In this document: positions 27,390-42,300 of the stretch, piece after piece
How the letters are laid out: each line of letters starts with the position of its first letter
Numbering within the stretch: position 1 is the first letter of the stretch
Source: Octopus bimaculoides
Taxonomy: Eukaryota
DNA: 64,000 bases
Reading direction: 5' to 3'
Assembly (NCBI RefSeq): GCF_001194135.2
Contig: NC_068999.1
Location: forward strand, 40,766,679-40,830,678
The notes under the pieces: generated by a model
The model's database searches: none
Told to the model about the DNA's origin: nothing
The model's input: the letters and a program-made list of their open reading frames with translations, nothing else
Program-made: the position numbers and the translations under genes

Positions 27390-27805
27390 TCCTCTTACTT
27401 TCCTCTCGCATTCTCTCCTTCACACTCTCTCTCCTTCATTTTCTCTCCTTCTTACTCTTTCTCTCTCCTTCATTCTCTCTCCTTCTTACTCTTTCTCTCT
27501 CCTTCATTCTCTCTCTCCTTCGCTCTAGCTTCCTCTCTTCTTTCTCGCTTCCTCCCTCTCTCTCTCTCTCTCTCTCTCTTTCCATTACTTCCTCTCTCTA
27601 GCTTCCTCTCTTTCTCTTTCTCCCTTTCCCTAGCTTCCTTCCTCTCTCACTTCCCCTCTCTCTCTTATTCTCCCAAATCTCCATCTTCCCTCTTTTGCGT
27701 CTCTCCCTCTTCCCTATCCTCTCTCTCACCCCACCCTTCTTCTCTGTTCTCACATAATTATTACTTATTTTATATATAGATTTCATAGTTTTCTTATTGC
27801 TGTTG

Positions 27806-27860
<55 letters not shown>
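27390..27860. repeat. (CT)-rich tract including a ~34-bp minisatellite (about 27429-27525, ~2.8 units)
   Basis: The unit CTCTCCTTCATT(T/C)TCTCTCCTTCTTACTCTTTCT is repeated. Confidence 0.85.
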
Positions 27861-27863
<3 letters not shown>

Positions 27864-28013
27864 TGTTGCTCTGGTAAACTCTTCTACTTCTTGTTTAATG
27901 TCACCTCCTTCCGCTCCTCATTCTACGTGTCATTAATGGCAGACTTTTCACTTTGCATTGTTGTGACATCTATCACAGCCAGCTCAACGCTCTCACACAA
28001 AGTACCAACACAC

Positions 28014-28057
<44 letters not shown>

Positions 28058-28315
28058 GGACGGACATGATTGGTTCTCATGACAGCAAAATGACGCATGC
28101 GTCTTTTGTGTGACGCAGTTACCTTTTCTTGTCTGATTGTTTATCTTTGGCTTCTATTGTGCTTCCTTTTCGTTTCTTTGCCTTTTTTTCCCCCCATTTC
28201 CCTCTGTCCTCCAACTTCATCGTAATTTATTGTCGAAGTACAGCAAACATAAATACACGCTGGTGCACTGACTTTCTGGTGCACTGACTTGCTGGTGTAT
28301 TTCTATGATTATACC

Positions 28316-28368
<53 letters not shown>

Positions 28369-28603
28369 TGTGTGTGTGTGTTATGAATGCATATGTGAAT
28401 GTATATCTGTATGCATGCTTGCTCTTTCACAAACATACACATGGTGAGAAAACATAGGAAAAATTAGATATACATTTATACATATATAGTTCATTTATAT
28501 ACATATCTATACATGAGATTTTTAACTTAAATGTATATATACATATATAATACCTGTATGTGTCTGTGTGTAAATATATTTGCATCAGATATTTAATTAA
28601 GAG

Positions 28604-28647
<44 letters not shown>

Positions 28648-29081
28648 TTGTATTTGAGAATGTATATAAATTATCTCTCCATCACTAAGTTTCTCTAAGG
28701 ACCCTACCTCTCTACCACATAGTGTGTATATTTATGCATAAGTGTGTGTGTGTGTGTGTGTGTGTTTGTGTGTGTATGTAATTCAGAGTAAACTAAACAA
28801 AGTCACATCCGCTTCTGTCAAACAGAACTAGACTCTCTTATATTCTGTTATTCTTCCGTCTTTTAATCAATACGCTATAAAACAATGAGCTGTGTCGGCG
28901 CTACTCTGTTATTTTACAAAGTCTGCTCCATTTCTCATGAATGTCTCCAGCTATTTATAGGGTGCACGCAGGTTTTTCGTCTAGGTTCCTATTGTACGCA
29001 CGTCTGATTATGTGTGGTGTATGTTTGTAGACGTGTTCTCTTGTGCATGTATGCGTAATATATATATATATATATATATAC

Positions 29082-29118
<37 letters not shown>

Positions 29119-29129
29119 TTTTTGCAGTT

Positions 29130-30096
29130 TAACGAAAAGAATGTACTCAATACTGTTCGATATTAACATTTGCTATATAAAAAGTCAGTTCTCTATGAGT
29201 TTCACTTATTGGTGTTTCACGTACCCGTTTTCAAGCGACTTACACAGTTGTGTTTCTCGCTTTCTTATATTCCATATGGATGGATATGTTCAGGTGACAT
29301 TTATAAGGAGAGTCTAAGAGAAAATGTGTTGAAAATTCCATGTGCTCTTCTAATGTGACCCTAAACAAGAAACCGATCAATAAAATTCTGGAAAGGATCG
29401 AGAAGCAATCCAATTTTTTGAAAGATTTCTGTAGTATCCAGTAGGAATGGACTTTTATTCTTTAGGGATGCATGAGTGTTTCAGGACTAACGTGTATTGA
29501 GAGAACAATGGATTGAAGGATTTATTGTGACATATTGCAGAAAACAATGCTGAAAAGCATCAACGAACTAGGAAGACATTCCATGTTCCAACATGATATT
29601 GACCCTAAACACACTTCAAAAATGACGACTCAGTTTTTATCAGATAAAAAAGGTAAATGTATTACCTTGGCTTACCATGTAATACCTAATAAAATATATG
29701 TAGGCTGTTTTGGAAAGGAAGGTTGAAGAGAAAAAAACCTGCAATGAAACACAGTTGAAAGACATCATTTAGGATGAATTGAGGTCGATTTCATCGATTA
29801 TATGCTTTCAGTTTGGTCGATTCTATGCCCAGAAAACTTAACGCAGTCATTAAATGCAAGGCCCTCGCACCAAATATTGAATATAGTAAATAATCCTTTA
29901 GGGTGTACATATTTTTGTATCATTTGAAAATTAATATTTCTTTCATATCTTTCAAAATGTTTTCGAAATTTGTATAATGTTTGTACGTATAATATATTTT
30001 ATTCTGTATAAATTTCGTTTGATTTCCTCCGATATTATCAGTCTAATGGCAATTTTACTGAAAACTTTTAGGAGTGTACATACTTCTGTGAGGTAC
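29130..30096 (+). mobile_element. Tc1-like DNA transposon, internally deleted transposase pseudogene
   Basis: 29463-29880 translates, with stops and frameshifts, as *GCMSVSG...YCDILQKTML...LGRHSMFQHDIDPKHTSK...VNVLPW...LERKVEEK...QLKDII...SLVDSMPRKLNAVI...TKY*. This matches the Tc1 pattern WGC / FQxDNDPKHTS / DSMPRR..AVI...TKY. The right end carries two direct repeats (29899-29918 and 30069-30089). The left end is unresolved. Confidence 0.85.
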
Positions 30097-30499
30097 AAGG
30101 CAGTCATCAGCTGAACTCTTGTTAGTGGAAATTACACAAATATATATAAAAGAAAAGATGTATATAAAATATTTTGGGAAATATTAAAGAAAAAACGTAA
30201 AATAGAAATTGATAGATGGGAGTGATTGTGGCTTGTGAAATAAAAGATGGATTTTGGATATCTGCTCGTGCATTATGGAAGTCTGGGTCCGTGTGTGGTA
30301 TTCCTTGTCAAAGTCTTCAGTGTTGGTTGTATAAATGTAAATGTGGCTATGAAGAATATATTAGCCATTCAAAGGATATGAAAGAAACAGAATTGTGCAA
30401 GCAAGCAAGCGCGTGTGGGTGTGTGTCTGTGATATGAATATATCTTCCAAAGTGCTTGTATTACTTTACCGATGCATATAACGAAACAAAGGAAAGTAC

Positions 30500-30720
30500 A
30501 TATTAGGAAATTCTTACACATACACACACCGGTATATACGCATATATACACACACACATACACGCGTATATACGCATGTATGTATCTGTCGCTGGCAACA
30601 TCAGTCTTAGATGTCGTATATGTATATATATATATATATATATAATGTATATATATATATATATATATATATNNNNNNNNNNNNNNNNNNNNNNNNNNNN
30701 NNNNNNNNNNNNNNNNNNNN

Positions 30721-30761
<41 letters not shown>

Positions 30762-30762
30762 G

Positions 30763-30793
<31 letters not shown>

Positions 30794-30981
30794 GTATATA
30801 TATATGTATATATGCACGGATATATGTGTAGCTACGTGCATGTATATATTTGTGTGTGTGTATGTGTGTAAGTCTATGCATCTGTGTATGTATATTCATC
30901 TATTTCTGTGTCTGCATCTATGTATGTACACATTTATAGATGAGTGTGTGTCTGTGTCTACCTGCATGTGTGTTTGTGTAA

Positions 30982-31015
<34 letters not shown>

Positions 31016-31117
31016 ACATCACAAACTCTTAGATGTAGGCACAGCAAAAGACTAAACAAATAAAAATTGATTGTATCAAGATCAATAGGTTACTACAAGA
31101 GTAGTAAACATAACAAC

Positions 31118-31157
<40 letters not shown>

Positions 31158-31379
31158 GTGTGTCTCGCCTTCTGTTGTGTGTGTGTGTGTGTGTGTGTGC
31201 ATGTTTATATGTGATTCTTTCTGAGTTCCACTCGAATCCTTACTATGTTTACCTGTGTGACACTTCAGTCGCTGTTCTGTTTGTCTGCTCGGACGTCTTT
31301 GGTTGTGTCTGTGTGATGTGATCATGTGCCTGTTGTCTACTCTCTCTGTTCCCTTCCGTCGTTTTAACATATCTAGTTA

Positions 31380-31414
<35 letters not shown>

Positions 31415-31429
31415 ATATCTTTGTGTATT

Positions 31430-31500
<71 letters not shown>
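30500..31500. repeat. Compound microsatellite region: (TA)n with gap 30673-30720, (CA)n, (AAT)n 31112-31157, (CT)n, (GT)n 31432-31498
   Basis: Directly visible. Confidence 0.95.
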
Positions 31501-31501
<1 letters not shown>

Positions 31502-33482
31502 ACGCACACATATGCGATTTAGTTCTAAAGAACTGCCTGGGTATGACGACTGGGAGCAAAAAAATATTAAAACGGACAGAAAATTGCGAAATTTTGAAAT
31601 ACAACATTTCACCAAGATTTCATTCTTACTCATGATTGGAATGTCTTAGACTTTGAGTTTTGAAGTCATGATAATAATTAATCATAAAATCACTTAATCT
31701 TGCCATTGTCCGTCAGATCGATACTTTATATGAAAAGACTGTGGCATGTTATAAATGGTTTTAATCCAACACGTATAGATATATTAATTGGATTGTATAA
31801 ACTGCATTTCTTTTCTTTATATCCCAGATTAGTTTTTCGAAAGACTATAAGCAGCATGTGAGAAATTATAACTCTGAAGTTTGTAACTGGCCTGTTGAGT
31901 CTGTTTTGATGGAACCAAGATAAGGAGTGGAATCAAAACAGAAACAGAAGAAAATACAAATATAAAATAATTGTAGCATTGTCGGATTTGTATTTCGAAT
32001 GTGAAGGAAATGGTTTTGAGGATTTTTTGCAAAATTCTTGCAACACTGTACAGCTACTATATTTTCCAGGAAAACATGATGACATATGCAGACAATATGA
32101 GATACGAAGACGAACAATGCCACAAATTGAGATTATATGTTTTATGAATTGAGATTATTGTGGAACAAGAACATTTTCGCTTTGAGTGGAGCCCTTCTAC
32201 GCTTAAGGGAGTTGTAAAGAGGCCCTCATGGCACTGTCACACTTAGGCATTTTTTGTAAGCCAATGACACATATGGATAACATATAGACGTCTGATGAAT
32301 ATCAAGCATTTATCTTTATGAAGAGAGAAGAATTTTATTCACTTCCGTTTGGACCAATTAAGAAGACGAAATAAGGAAGCTACCAAGACTTGATATGGTT
32401 AGATTGTCAGTTACGGGGGACTCCACTTGTGATCACATGGTATACGAAAACAAGTGAATCCATTCCCACGTTGCATTCTATGCCAATAACTGAAGTAGTC
32501 CAAGAATTACCACTTCGTTTCTGACGTTTTGCAACCTGATGATTGATGCTCAGTGTTAAAACAGGATTTTATGAAACTTGAAGTGACAGATGGATTAACA
32601 GGTTTTGATTAATACAAATATTTGCGCGTGCGTATAAACATACACACTTACATCCATATGCCTTATGCATATACATATCAGCCCAACCCCATATATATAT
32701 ATATATATANNNNNNNNNNNNNNNNNNNNNNNNNNNNNNNNNNNNNNNNNNNNNNNNNNNNNNNNNNNNNNNNNNNNNNNNNNNNNNNNNNNNNNNNNNN
32801 NNNNNNNNNNNNNNNNNNNNNNNNNNNNNNNNNNNNNNNNNNNNNNNNNNNNNNNNNNNNNNNNNNNNNNNNNNNNNNNNNNNNNNNNNNNNNNNNNNNN
32901 NNNNNNNNNNNNNNNNNNNNNNNNNNNNNNNNNNNNNNNNNNNNNNNNNNNNNNNNNNNNNNNNNNNNNNNNNNNNNNNNNNNNNNNNNNNNNNNNNNNN
33001 NNNNNNNNNNNNNNNNNNNNNNNNNNNNNNNNNNNNNNNNNNNNNNNNNNNNNNNNNNNNNNNNNNNNNNNNNNNNNNNNNNNNNNNNNNNNNNNNNNNN
33101 NNNNNNNNNNNNNNNNNNNNNNNNNNNNNNNNNNNNNNNNNNNNNNNNNNNNNNNNNNNNNNNNNNNNNNNNNNNNNNNNNNNNNNNNNNNNNNNNNNNN
33201 NNNNNNNNNNNNNNNNNNNNNNNNNNNNNNNNNNNNNNNNNNNNNNNNNNNNNNNNNNNNNNNNNNNNNNNNNNNNNNNNNNNNNNNNNNNNNNNNNNNN
33301 NNNNNNNNNNNNNNNNNNNNNNNNNNNNNNNNNNNNNNNNNNNNNNNNNNNNNNNNNNNNNNNNNNNNNNNNNNNNNNNNNNNNNNNNNNNNNNNNNNNN
33401 NNNNNNNNNNNNNNNNNNNNNNNNNNNNNNNNNNNNNNNNNNNNNNNNNNNNNNNNNNNNNNNNNNNNNNNNNNNNNNNNNN

Positions 33483-33532
<50 letters not shown>

Positions 33533-33678
33533 GTGTGTGTATATCTCAATATATTTTGTTAGCTATTTTACACATTCACATATTTTCGTATATATTTTTG
33601 CTTCATACACCACATATTCAGTTACAATGGAGAAAAAGTCCCCTGCAATAATAAAAGGTGTAAAAACGCCATATCTGT

Positions 33679-34150
33679 TCAGTGCTTCCCTCTATTGGAT
33701 CCGCAGATACGCGTTTCTGGTTCTTTAGCCTTCCTCCATAGGAAATACTGAAGAGACCAGATTCAAAGCCGTGGGTTTACCAATTAAAATAAACATATAA
33801 AAAAAGTCAACATCAATTGCGCTGGTGGACCACATGGTCGGTGGAGTAAAAATAGCAATGTCAGCGCCAAGTATTTATGTAGAATAAATGAGTTTCAGGT
33901 TAGTTAAAATATGTTTGAGACCCATTTTAACTTTTAAAGGCAAGTTTACTGTAGTTACTGTGGCGAAAAATTTCTCTCTTATGGTAAAAGATATGAAAAT
34001 ACCCTCTGTGTCCAGTGTTTCCGTTTATCGAATTCTCTGATGCAAGCTTCTGGCTCTTTAGCCTTTGGGGAATATCGAAGTGAGATAACTCTGGTCAGAT
34101 TCAAATTACCAGAAACGCACCTCTAGAAATCCGCTAGAGGGAAGCACTGA
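33679..34150. mobile_element. Possible MITE / foldback-like element with CAGTG(C/T)TTCC termini
   Basis: There is a perfect 16-bp inverted repeat TCAGTGCTTCCCTCTA (33679-33694 / 34135-34150) that extends imperfectly to about 42 bp. A third diverged copy starts at 34013. No TSD was found. Confidence 0.45.
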
Positions 34151-34346
34151 GCCGCTAGTGTTTTTGTATATTTAACCATAAGACTGATCTTTTTTCTCCA
34201 CGTTAACTACAGTGCATTTGCATTTAGAATTTAAAAGATGTCACAAACACATTTTAACTAACCCAAAGTCTTCCCCTCTCTCTCTCCCTCTCTCTCTGTC
34301 TCTGTCTGTCTGTCTGTCTCTCTCTCTTTCTTTCTCACGCACACAT

Positions 34347-34377
<31 letters not shown>

Positions 34378-34739
34378 TACACACATACACACACATGTAT
34401 ATATGCTGTCGAATTAATTAAAACACACCAGCCAAAGATAATGCTTCACAGTTCAGCAATAACAATGTCATCATTCGATAAAGCACAGTGTGAACAAGAC
34501 ATGCATACGGTGTGTGTGTATATATATATGTGTGTATGTATATTATTATGATTGACCGTTGACTGAACACTATTCATTTTTTTTTCTCCGTGTTTTTTCT
34601 CCTTGTCTCCGTATTCTTTCTGTTGAAGAGCGTAGCTCGAAACGTCAAAGACTTTCCGTATTCCCGAGCGTCATACTAATACATACTTTTGTTATTTACA
34701 CCACCTGTCCTCGTCTGTTGTTATTTTTTGTATATTCTC

Positions 34740-34785
<46 letters not shown>

Positions 34786-35186
34786 GCGCACAAGTACATA
34801 CAGTAACACTGGCACATATGCACAAACATACATATATAAACACACAAACATAAATTGTTAAAATTAAATATCTTCTGCCTTTCGCCTCCACCGCACTCTC
34901 ATTCCATGTTTTCATTTAGTCTGACTAATTACCAGCTTCGTAGTAAACGATTCGGCAATATTAGTTCTGGTAGCGTCGATGGTGTGGGGGGGGGCGGTAG
35001 TTGTGGTGTTGGTGATGGCGGCTGTGGTGATGTATTAATTTGCGGTTGGAAGAGAGAGAGTGGCAGGAGTTGAAAATAAAGGAGGCTATGGTGTTAACTG
35101 TCGTAATGGCGTTGATGACTGTAAGTATAATCACGTGTTGTTATTTCGAGAGTTTTTTGGGTTTTTTTCCACCCGTGGGAAGTAAG

Positions 35187-35345
35187 GCTACGTGAAGGTC
35201 CGTGGTCTAGTGGCTGGGGTGTTCAACTCACGATTTCAGCAGCATGGCTTCTTTTCCCGGACGGGGCAGTGCTTTGTGTTTCTGAGCCAAATACTTCCTT
35301 TCACGTCGTCCCAGTCCACTCAGCTGTAAATGGATAATCTATGAA
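35187..35345 (+). mobile_element. SINE family C, diverged
   Basis: GTGGTCTAGTGG head, then CCAGTCCACTCAGCTGTAAATGG core. Confidence 0.6.
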
Positions 35346-35684
35346 GGAGTGGTGTCCCGTTCTCGAGGGTTTGTTGTGACGTCGATCACTTAAACGCCTT
35401 GAAGACCGGTTGTATGTGTCTTAGGACTCGAAGCATGAAAGCTCAGTACTTGATAAATGATGTAGTAGCGCTACTGTTAACTATAGTATTGACGATTGTT
35501 GTTGGTGGCACTGATGGTAGTGGCACTGGGGGTGCTGGAGTTGTTGTTGGTTGGCAGAGATGGTTTTGAAGGTGTTTTTCTATGTTGGTTTTAAGGATGG
35601 TTGTGAAGCTGGTGATGATAGTAAGACTGATGGTGTTTAGTCATGGTATATTTGCAGGGATCAGTAACAGTAGTAGCACTGTTG

Positions 35685-36285
35685 TTGTTTAGCCCCAGGT
35701 CAATCCTGATCGAGCAGAAAACCCAAGATCAAAATAATCTCAGCCGCCACCACATCGTCTATTTTCCAATGTACCACATGTTCAGTCATATTATGCTAAT
35801 GGTGTGTTGTGATATGTGCACGATTTAGCTGCTATTTCTCTAAGGTTGATCCAGCATGGCAGAGGTATTGTAGTTAACTTAGTATTGGCACTGATGATGA
35901 TGGGTGGTGGTGTTTGATATCATGGTATCGTAATTAGTGAGGGGGTGGGGAGTTAGTTGTTACTTGCGATAGGGTGGTGGTGGTGGTTGTGGCAGCACTA
36001 GCAGCTGAAACATACACATTACCTTCCATCTTAGGGAGCAATCACTAAATGACATACCAGTAATATACGGTGGTCAACAGCAGCGATCTAATTTACAACA
36101 GCCTTAGAGTTTCTTGGGTGTAAGCAACTACCATAGAAATAGCAGCCAAATGATTTTTTAAACATACGCTACCATGTCTAAAAAGAGGTTGAATATGCTA
36201 GATGATATTGTCCAAGATACACAAAACTATGCGATGGTCATGCTTGGAATAGGTGTTCGAAATTACGGAGGAGACGTCTAAGCAA
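35685..36285. mobile_element. Two inverted decayed copies of family D (35685-35850 plus, 36120-36285 minus)
   Basis: ATTT(A/G)GCTGCTATTTCT matches 16/17 in opposite orientations at 35823-35839 and 36135-36151. Confidence 0.5.
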
Positions 36286-36591
36286 GCACATTGGTATGTC
36301 CATTCGTCCTTATGAATAATGTACACTACAACTAATTCGTTGACAGCTATTAAACAACTCTGTATGCGAGTGTGTATGTATATACATTATATATATATAT
36401 ATATATATNNNNNNNNNNNNNNNNNNNNNNNNNNNNNNNNNNNNNNNNNNNNNNNNNNNNNNNNNNNNNNNNNNNNNNNNNNNNNNNNNNNNNNNNNNNN
36501 NNNNNNNNNNNNNNNNNNNNNNNNNNNNNNNNNNNNNNNNNNNNNNNNNNNNNNNNNNNNNNNNNNNNNNNNNNNNNNNNNNNNNNNNNNN

Positions 36592-36624
<33 letters not shown>

Positions 36625-37139
36625 TAGATAGATATATATGTTCACACATATACATGAGTGTGATCGTGTAACTTATGCATACATTTTGTGGGTGCGTGAG
36701 AAAAATGCGTGGTATGTAGTCGATTAAGTGTGTGTAGATAAATATATATGCATGTAGCTACATCTGTGCGTATATACAAGTCATCACCCGACAGCACCTC
36801 ATTAGCATCAACATTAAAAACAGCATTACTTGAAGGTCATCAATAGAAAACACAGTAAGCAGTTTTGGCTTATTTTATTTTTGTATTGGTTTTGTCATTG
36901 AGATTGCGGCCATTTTGACTAAGGATGTATTTTTGTAATGTTTTATTAGATGTAATATATGGTTTTGATGGCATTTGTGTTGGCGTAAATGCCTATATTC
37001 ATATCTAGTTTCTATGTAGCTATATGTCTCCTTATGTAACCCATGTCATTTTTCTTCCTTTCTTTCCATTTGTCTCTCTTTCCCTCTTTATATGTGTAAT
37101 ATACACTATACACACATATACACGCACATACACACATAC

Positions 37140-37204
37140 TCTTCCCCCTCCCTCTCTCTCTCTTTTTCTGTATTTCTCTCTCTCTCTCTTTCTTTCTCTC
37201 TCTT

Positions 37205-37277
<73 letters not shown>
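37140..37277. repeat. (CT)n microsatellite tract
   Basis: Directly visible. Confidence 0.95.
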
Positions 37278-37281
<4 letters not shown>

Positions 37282-37629
37282 GTTTTAATAAACTGTCCGG
37301 TCTTGACTCCACTTCTGCGGATACTTTGACAACGTTTTGACTCGAATCGAAAATTCTGGTTGCATAATATCGTAACTTCATGCATGTATGATATTTTCTG
37401 TCAGAAATACATTTCCAAAACTGTCGTATGTGGGACTTACTACAGTTTTGAAAAATGCTAAGCCGTTGTACCATTTTAAAGTTTTGATATCTTGGCCTCT
37501 GAAGCAGCTGGAGATACGGTGGTTTGACCAAAAGAACCGGCTATTGCAAACAAAATTAAATATTAAAACAAAAATGCATTTGGCCAGATTTGTACATGCA
37601 GTTTAACATAGTAGTAACGAATTGTCTTT

Positions 37630-37845
37630 TAAAGCGGTGAACTGGCAGAATCGTCAGTGTGTCGTACAAACTGCTTAGCAGCATTTAATCCTTCTTTACG
37701 TTCTCAGTTCAAATTCCGGCGGGGTCGACTTCGCCTTTTATACTTTTCATGTCGGTAACATAAGTATTAGTTGAACACTGGATTCGATCAATTCAATTTA
37801 ACTCTCCAAAAACTGCTGGCTTTGTGCCAAAAATTGAAACCAATG
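37630..37845 (+). mobile_element. SINE family A, diverged full length
   Basis: GCGGTGAACTGGCAGAATCGTCAG...TTACGTTCTCAGTTCAAATTCCGGCGGGGTCGACTTCGCC...GCTTTGTGCC. Confidence 0.85.
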
Positions 37846-38724
37846 TAATTGTGTTATTTATAATTTTAAGTGGACAGTTGTTGACTCACACCACCATTAC
37901 TCAACGTTTTATAGTTAGGAAAGCAGCTGTCAAAGCGACGTCTGTGATTAAGTCTTCTGAGACGAAGTCAGTGGATATGTGTGACAGATGAGACTTGTGT
38001 TTTCTTTCCTCCGCTATTTTGAATAATGGCAGTATAAGAACGTGAGTCGCTTAATATTAACAAAACTGATATTTATGTTAATTTAGCAACAAGTCAACTG
38101 AAACTCTATACGACAAACTTTCACTTTATTGTGTCATTTAGATATTTTATTAAGCTTTCAAACAAAGTTCGTATTCTTCTGGTGTCAATCTAAATTTGTT
38201 TTCCACCGCGGTCGGCGAAATATATGCCACATTGATGCGAGAAGTAATTTCAAATCAACATCGGTATATCTACAAAAATGTCTAGGTTGAGACGGGGGCA
38301 ATGTTACTACAAAGTAAGCAATTCGGCGTTTTGAAGTGTAAATACGACAGCCTGCTCTACGAGGAGGATCTTGTGGACTTATGATCAGATTTTAAGAAGC
38401 ATTCTGTAGATAGTTTGTCACGCTATTTTATGTCGTGTGATACAGTCGTGATATGAACCACGCTATTTAGTACGTTCTCACCTGTATATTTTTGGCTTAT
38501 TCTCTTTGTTTTCATACATTATATCGTTTTAAACCAAAATATTAGTGTAAAACTACAATATATGTTTTTGTTTATTCATAGCATGAATGAATGCGTCCTC
38601 GTAACAATAATACAAAGACTCTTTAATTGAAGAAATGTTATTTTGTTTAGTAACCTTTTTTACTGAAGTGTCACCTGGATGTTTACATATTTTAGTTTCA
38701 GCTGAATACTTATAGGTATGTTTT

Positions 38725-39055
38725 ATAGCTTGATAATCTTAATTCCTTTGATTACATGTGGAGTATAGGGCGCCAACAAGAGACCTCCGTCTGTCTCGAT
38801 TTTTAGCAGTTGATAGTATTTGTTCTCAAGTGCAACAGCCAACCCTTGCTTTAGTTTTTGTGGACATTCTCCATATTGCTTTTGGTCTTCCATGCTTCTC
38901 ATTTTCCTTCGGGTGTCCATCGGAGGCCTTGCTTTGTAAAACTGAAAGCAGATTTCCGTTGAGTGTGTCCTTTTGGTCTGGGTCTTAATAGGCCCCTGGT
39001 TCAACTGTACCCTCAAAGCTTTGTTTGTGAATTTGTCATGCCATCTCACCTGAGG
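38725..39055 (-). mobile_element. RTE-clade LINE, decayed ORF2 3' end
   Basis: Minus-strand frames give RWHDKFTNKALR / GHTQRK...TKQGLRWTPEGK / GRPKAIWR / AKNRDRRRSLVGALYST. This fits the RTE pattern GH.LR...W.P.GKR.RGRPK.TWRR...A.DR..WR.LV.AL. Confidence 0.8.
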
Positions 39056-39317
39056 GGTTCCCCCGGGGACATCTTTTCACAAATGTTTGGAGCTTGACGC
39101 ACGGAAATATATTCCTTCAAAATCCACATACGGTCTCGCTGCGTTTTACTTATGAAGCATGGGTCAAAGGTTCGCCATCACTGTACTAAATACCTTCATG
39201 TATGTGTGGGCAAAACGAAAACCCAGGATAGTCACTACTCGAAAATATTTGAACATAAGGTGTGCCTGTTCAGTGGATCAAAGGCACAGCTAAAACCAGG
39301 CAACAACAACAACAACA
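39055..39317 (+). mobile_element. Unclassified repeat-like block ending in (CAA)n
   Basis: A retroposon-like (CAA)n tail lies at 39300-39317. There is no second copy in the window. Confidence 0.3.
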
Positions 39318-39572
39318 AAGAGCGTTTAATGTACGACAAACAAGACAAACAATAGCATTTATGTGAACCGGAACAAAAGAAACTGCCAAACAAACAAAAC
39401 AGCAATAGTCACACGTAATCGTTCTCTCATGCTCTACTTCACAATAAATATTTAACAATTATGGATAGTTAGGTTCCCACGATTTTCTTAGTATCGTTTG
39501 TGCTTTATCATTCGTTCTCTATCTGTGTCTGGCTATTGCTCTCCTGCACCCTCTATCACCCCTATCTTTATA

Positions 39573-41720
<2,148 letters not shown>

Positions 41721-42169
41721 CTCTTTATAGATATGTATATATTGTGTTGCTGCCATACATGAATAAGTATATTTAAATACATATTCATAAACGTATCAAT
41801 GTGTATGTGAATGCCAATCTCCCTATCCCTCACTGTATATAGGTGTATGTATGTATAAATCGGGGTGTTAGCGTTCGTGTGTGTCTGTATGTAATTTTTT
41901 TATTTGTATATTTGCACAAAGAACATTGTTCTGCAATCATGTCTCTTAGTCTTTTATTATTCTCTAGAATCGCCACCACAATGAATTTGAATGTCACCTA
42001 CGTAGCTCTCAGGATAAATATTACGATTATCCTTTCAAATCAGAACAGCAGTAGTAAAAACTAATAACATACTACTACTACTACTAATAATAATAATAAT
42101 AATAATTCTATCTAAATTTGGTACAAGGCCATGAAATTTTAACAATAACCATAACAATGATAATGAATA

Positions 42170-42300
42170 TTCTTTCTAAATCTGGTAGAAGGCTAGCAAT
42201 TTTTAGAAGGAAACGGAAGTCGATTATTTCGACCCCTGTTCTTCTCCTTTTGACTCCGAAAAGATCGACGCACTAACAATTCTGCCATCACGCCGCCTTT
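42170..42300 (-). mobile_element. SINE family A, internally deleted
   Basis: The reverse complement reads AAGGCGGCGTGATGGCAGAATTGTTAGTGCG...GGGGTCGAAATAATCGAC. Confidence 0.65.

Noticed and set aside
34134-34148. CTAGAGGGAAGCACT matches 15 nt of primate C19MC miRNA 5p arms as I recall them, and is also CTCF-like
   Set aside because: That miRNA family is primate-specific, so a short match is coincidence. The CTCF match misses a key position.
38154-38384. Frame interrupted by a single TAG (editable to TGG) ending in LLYEEDLV, similar to RT LLYADDLV
   Set aside because: No other RT motifs are present and there is no nearby duplex. Stop-codon recoding is unsupported.
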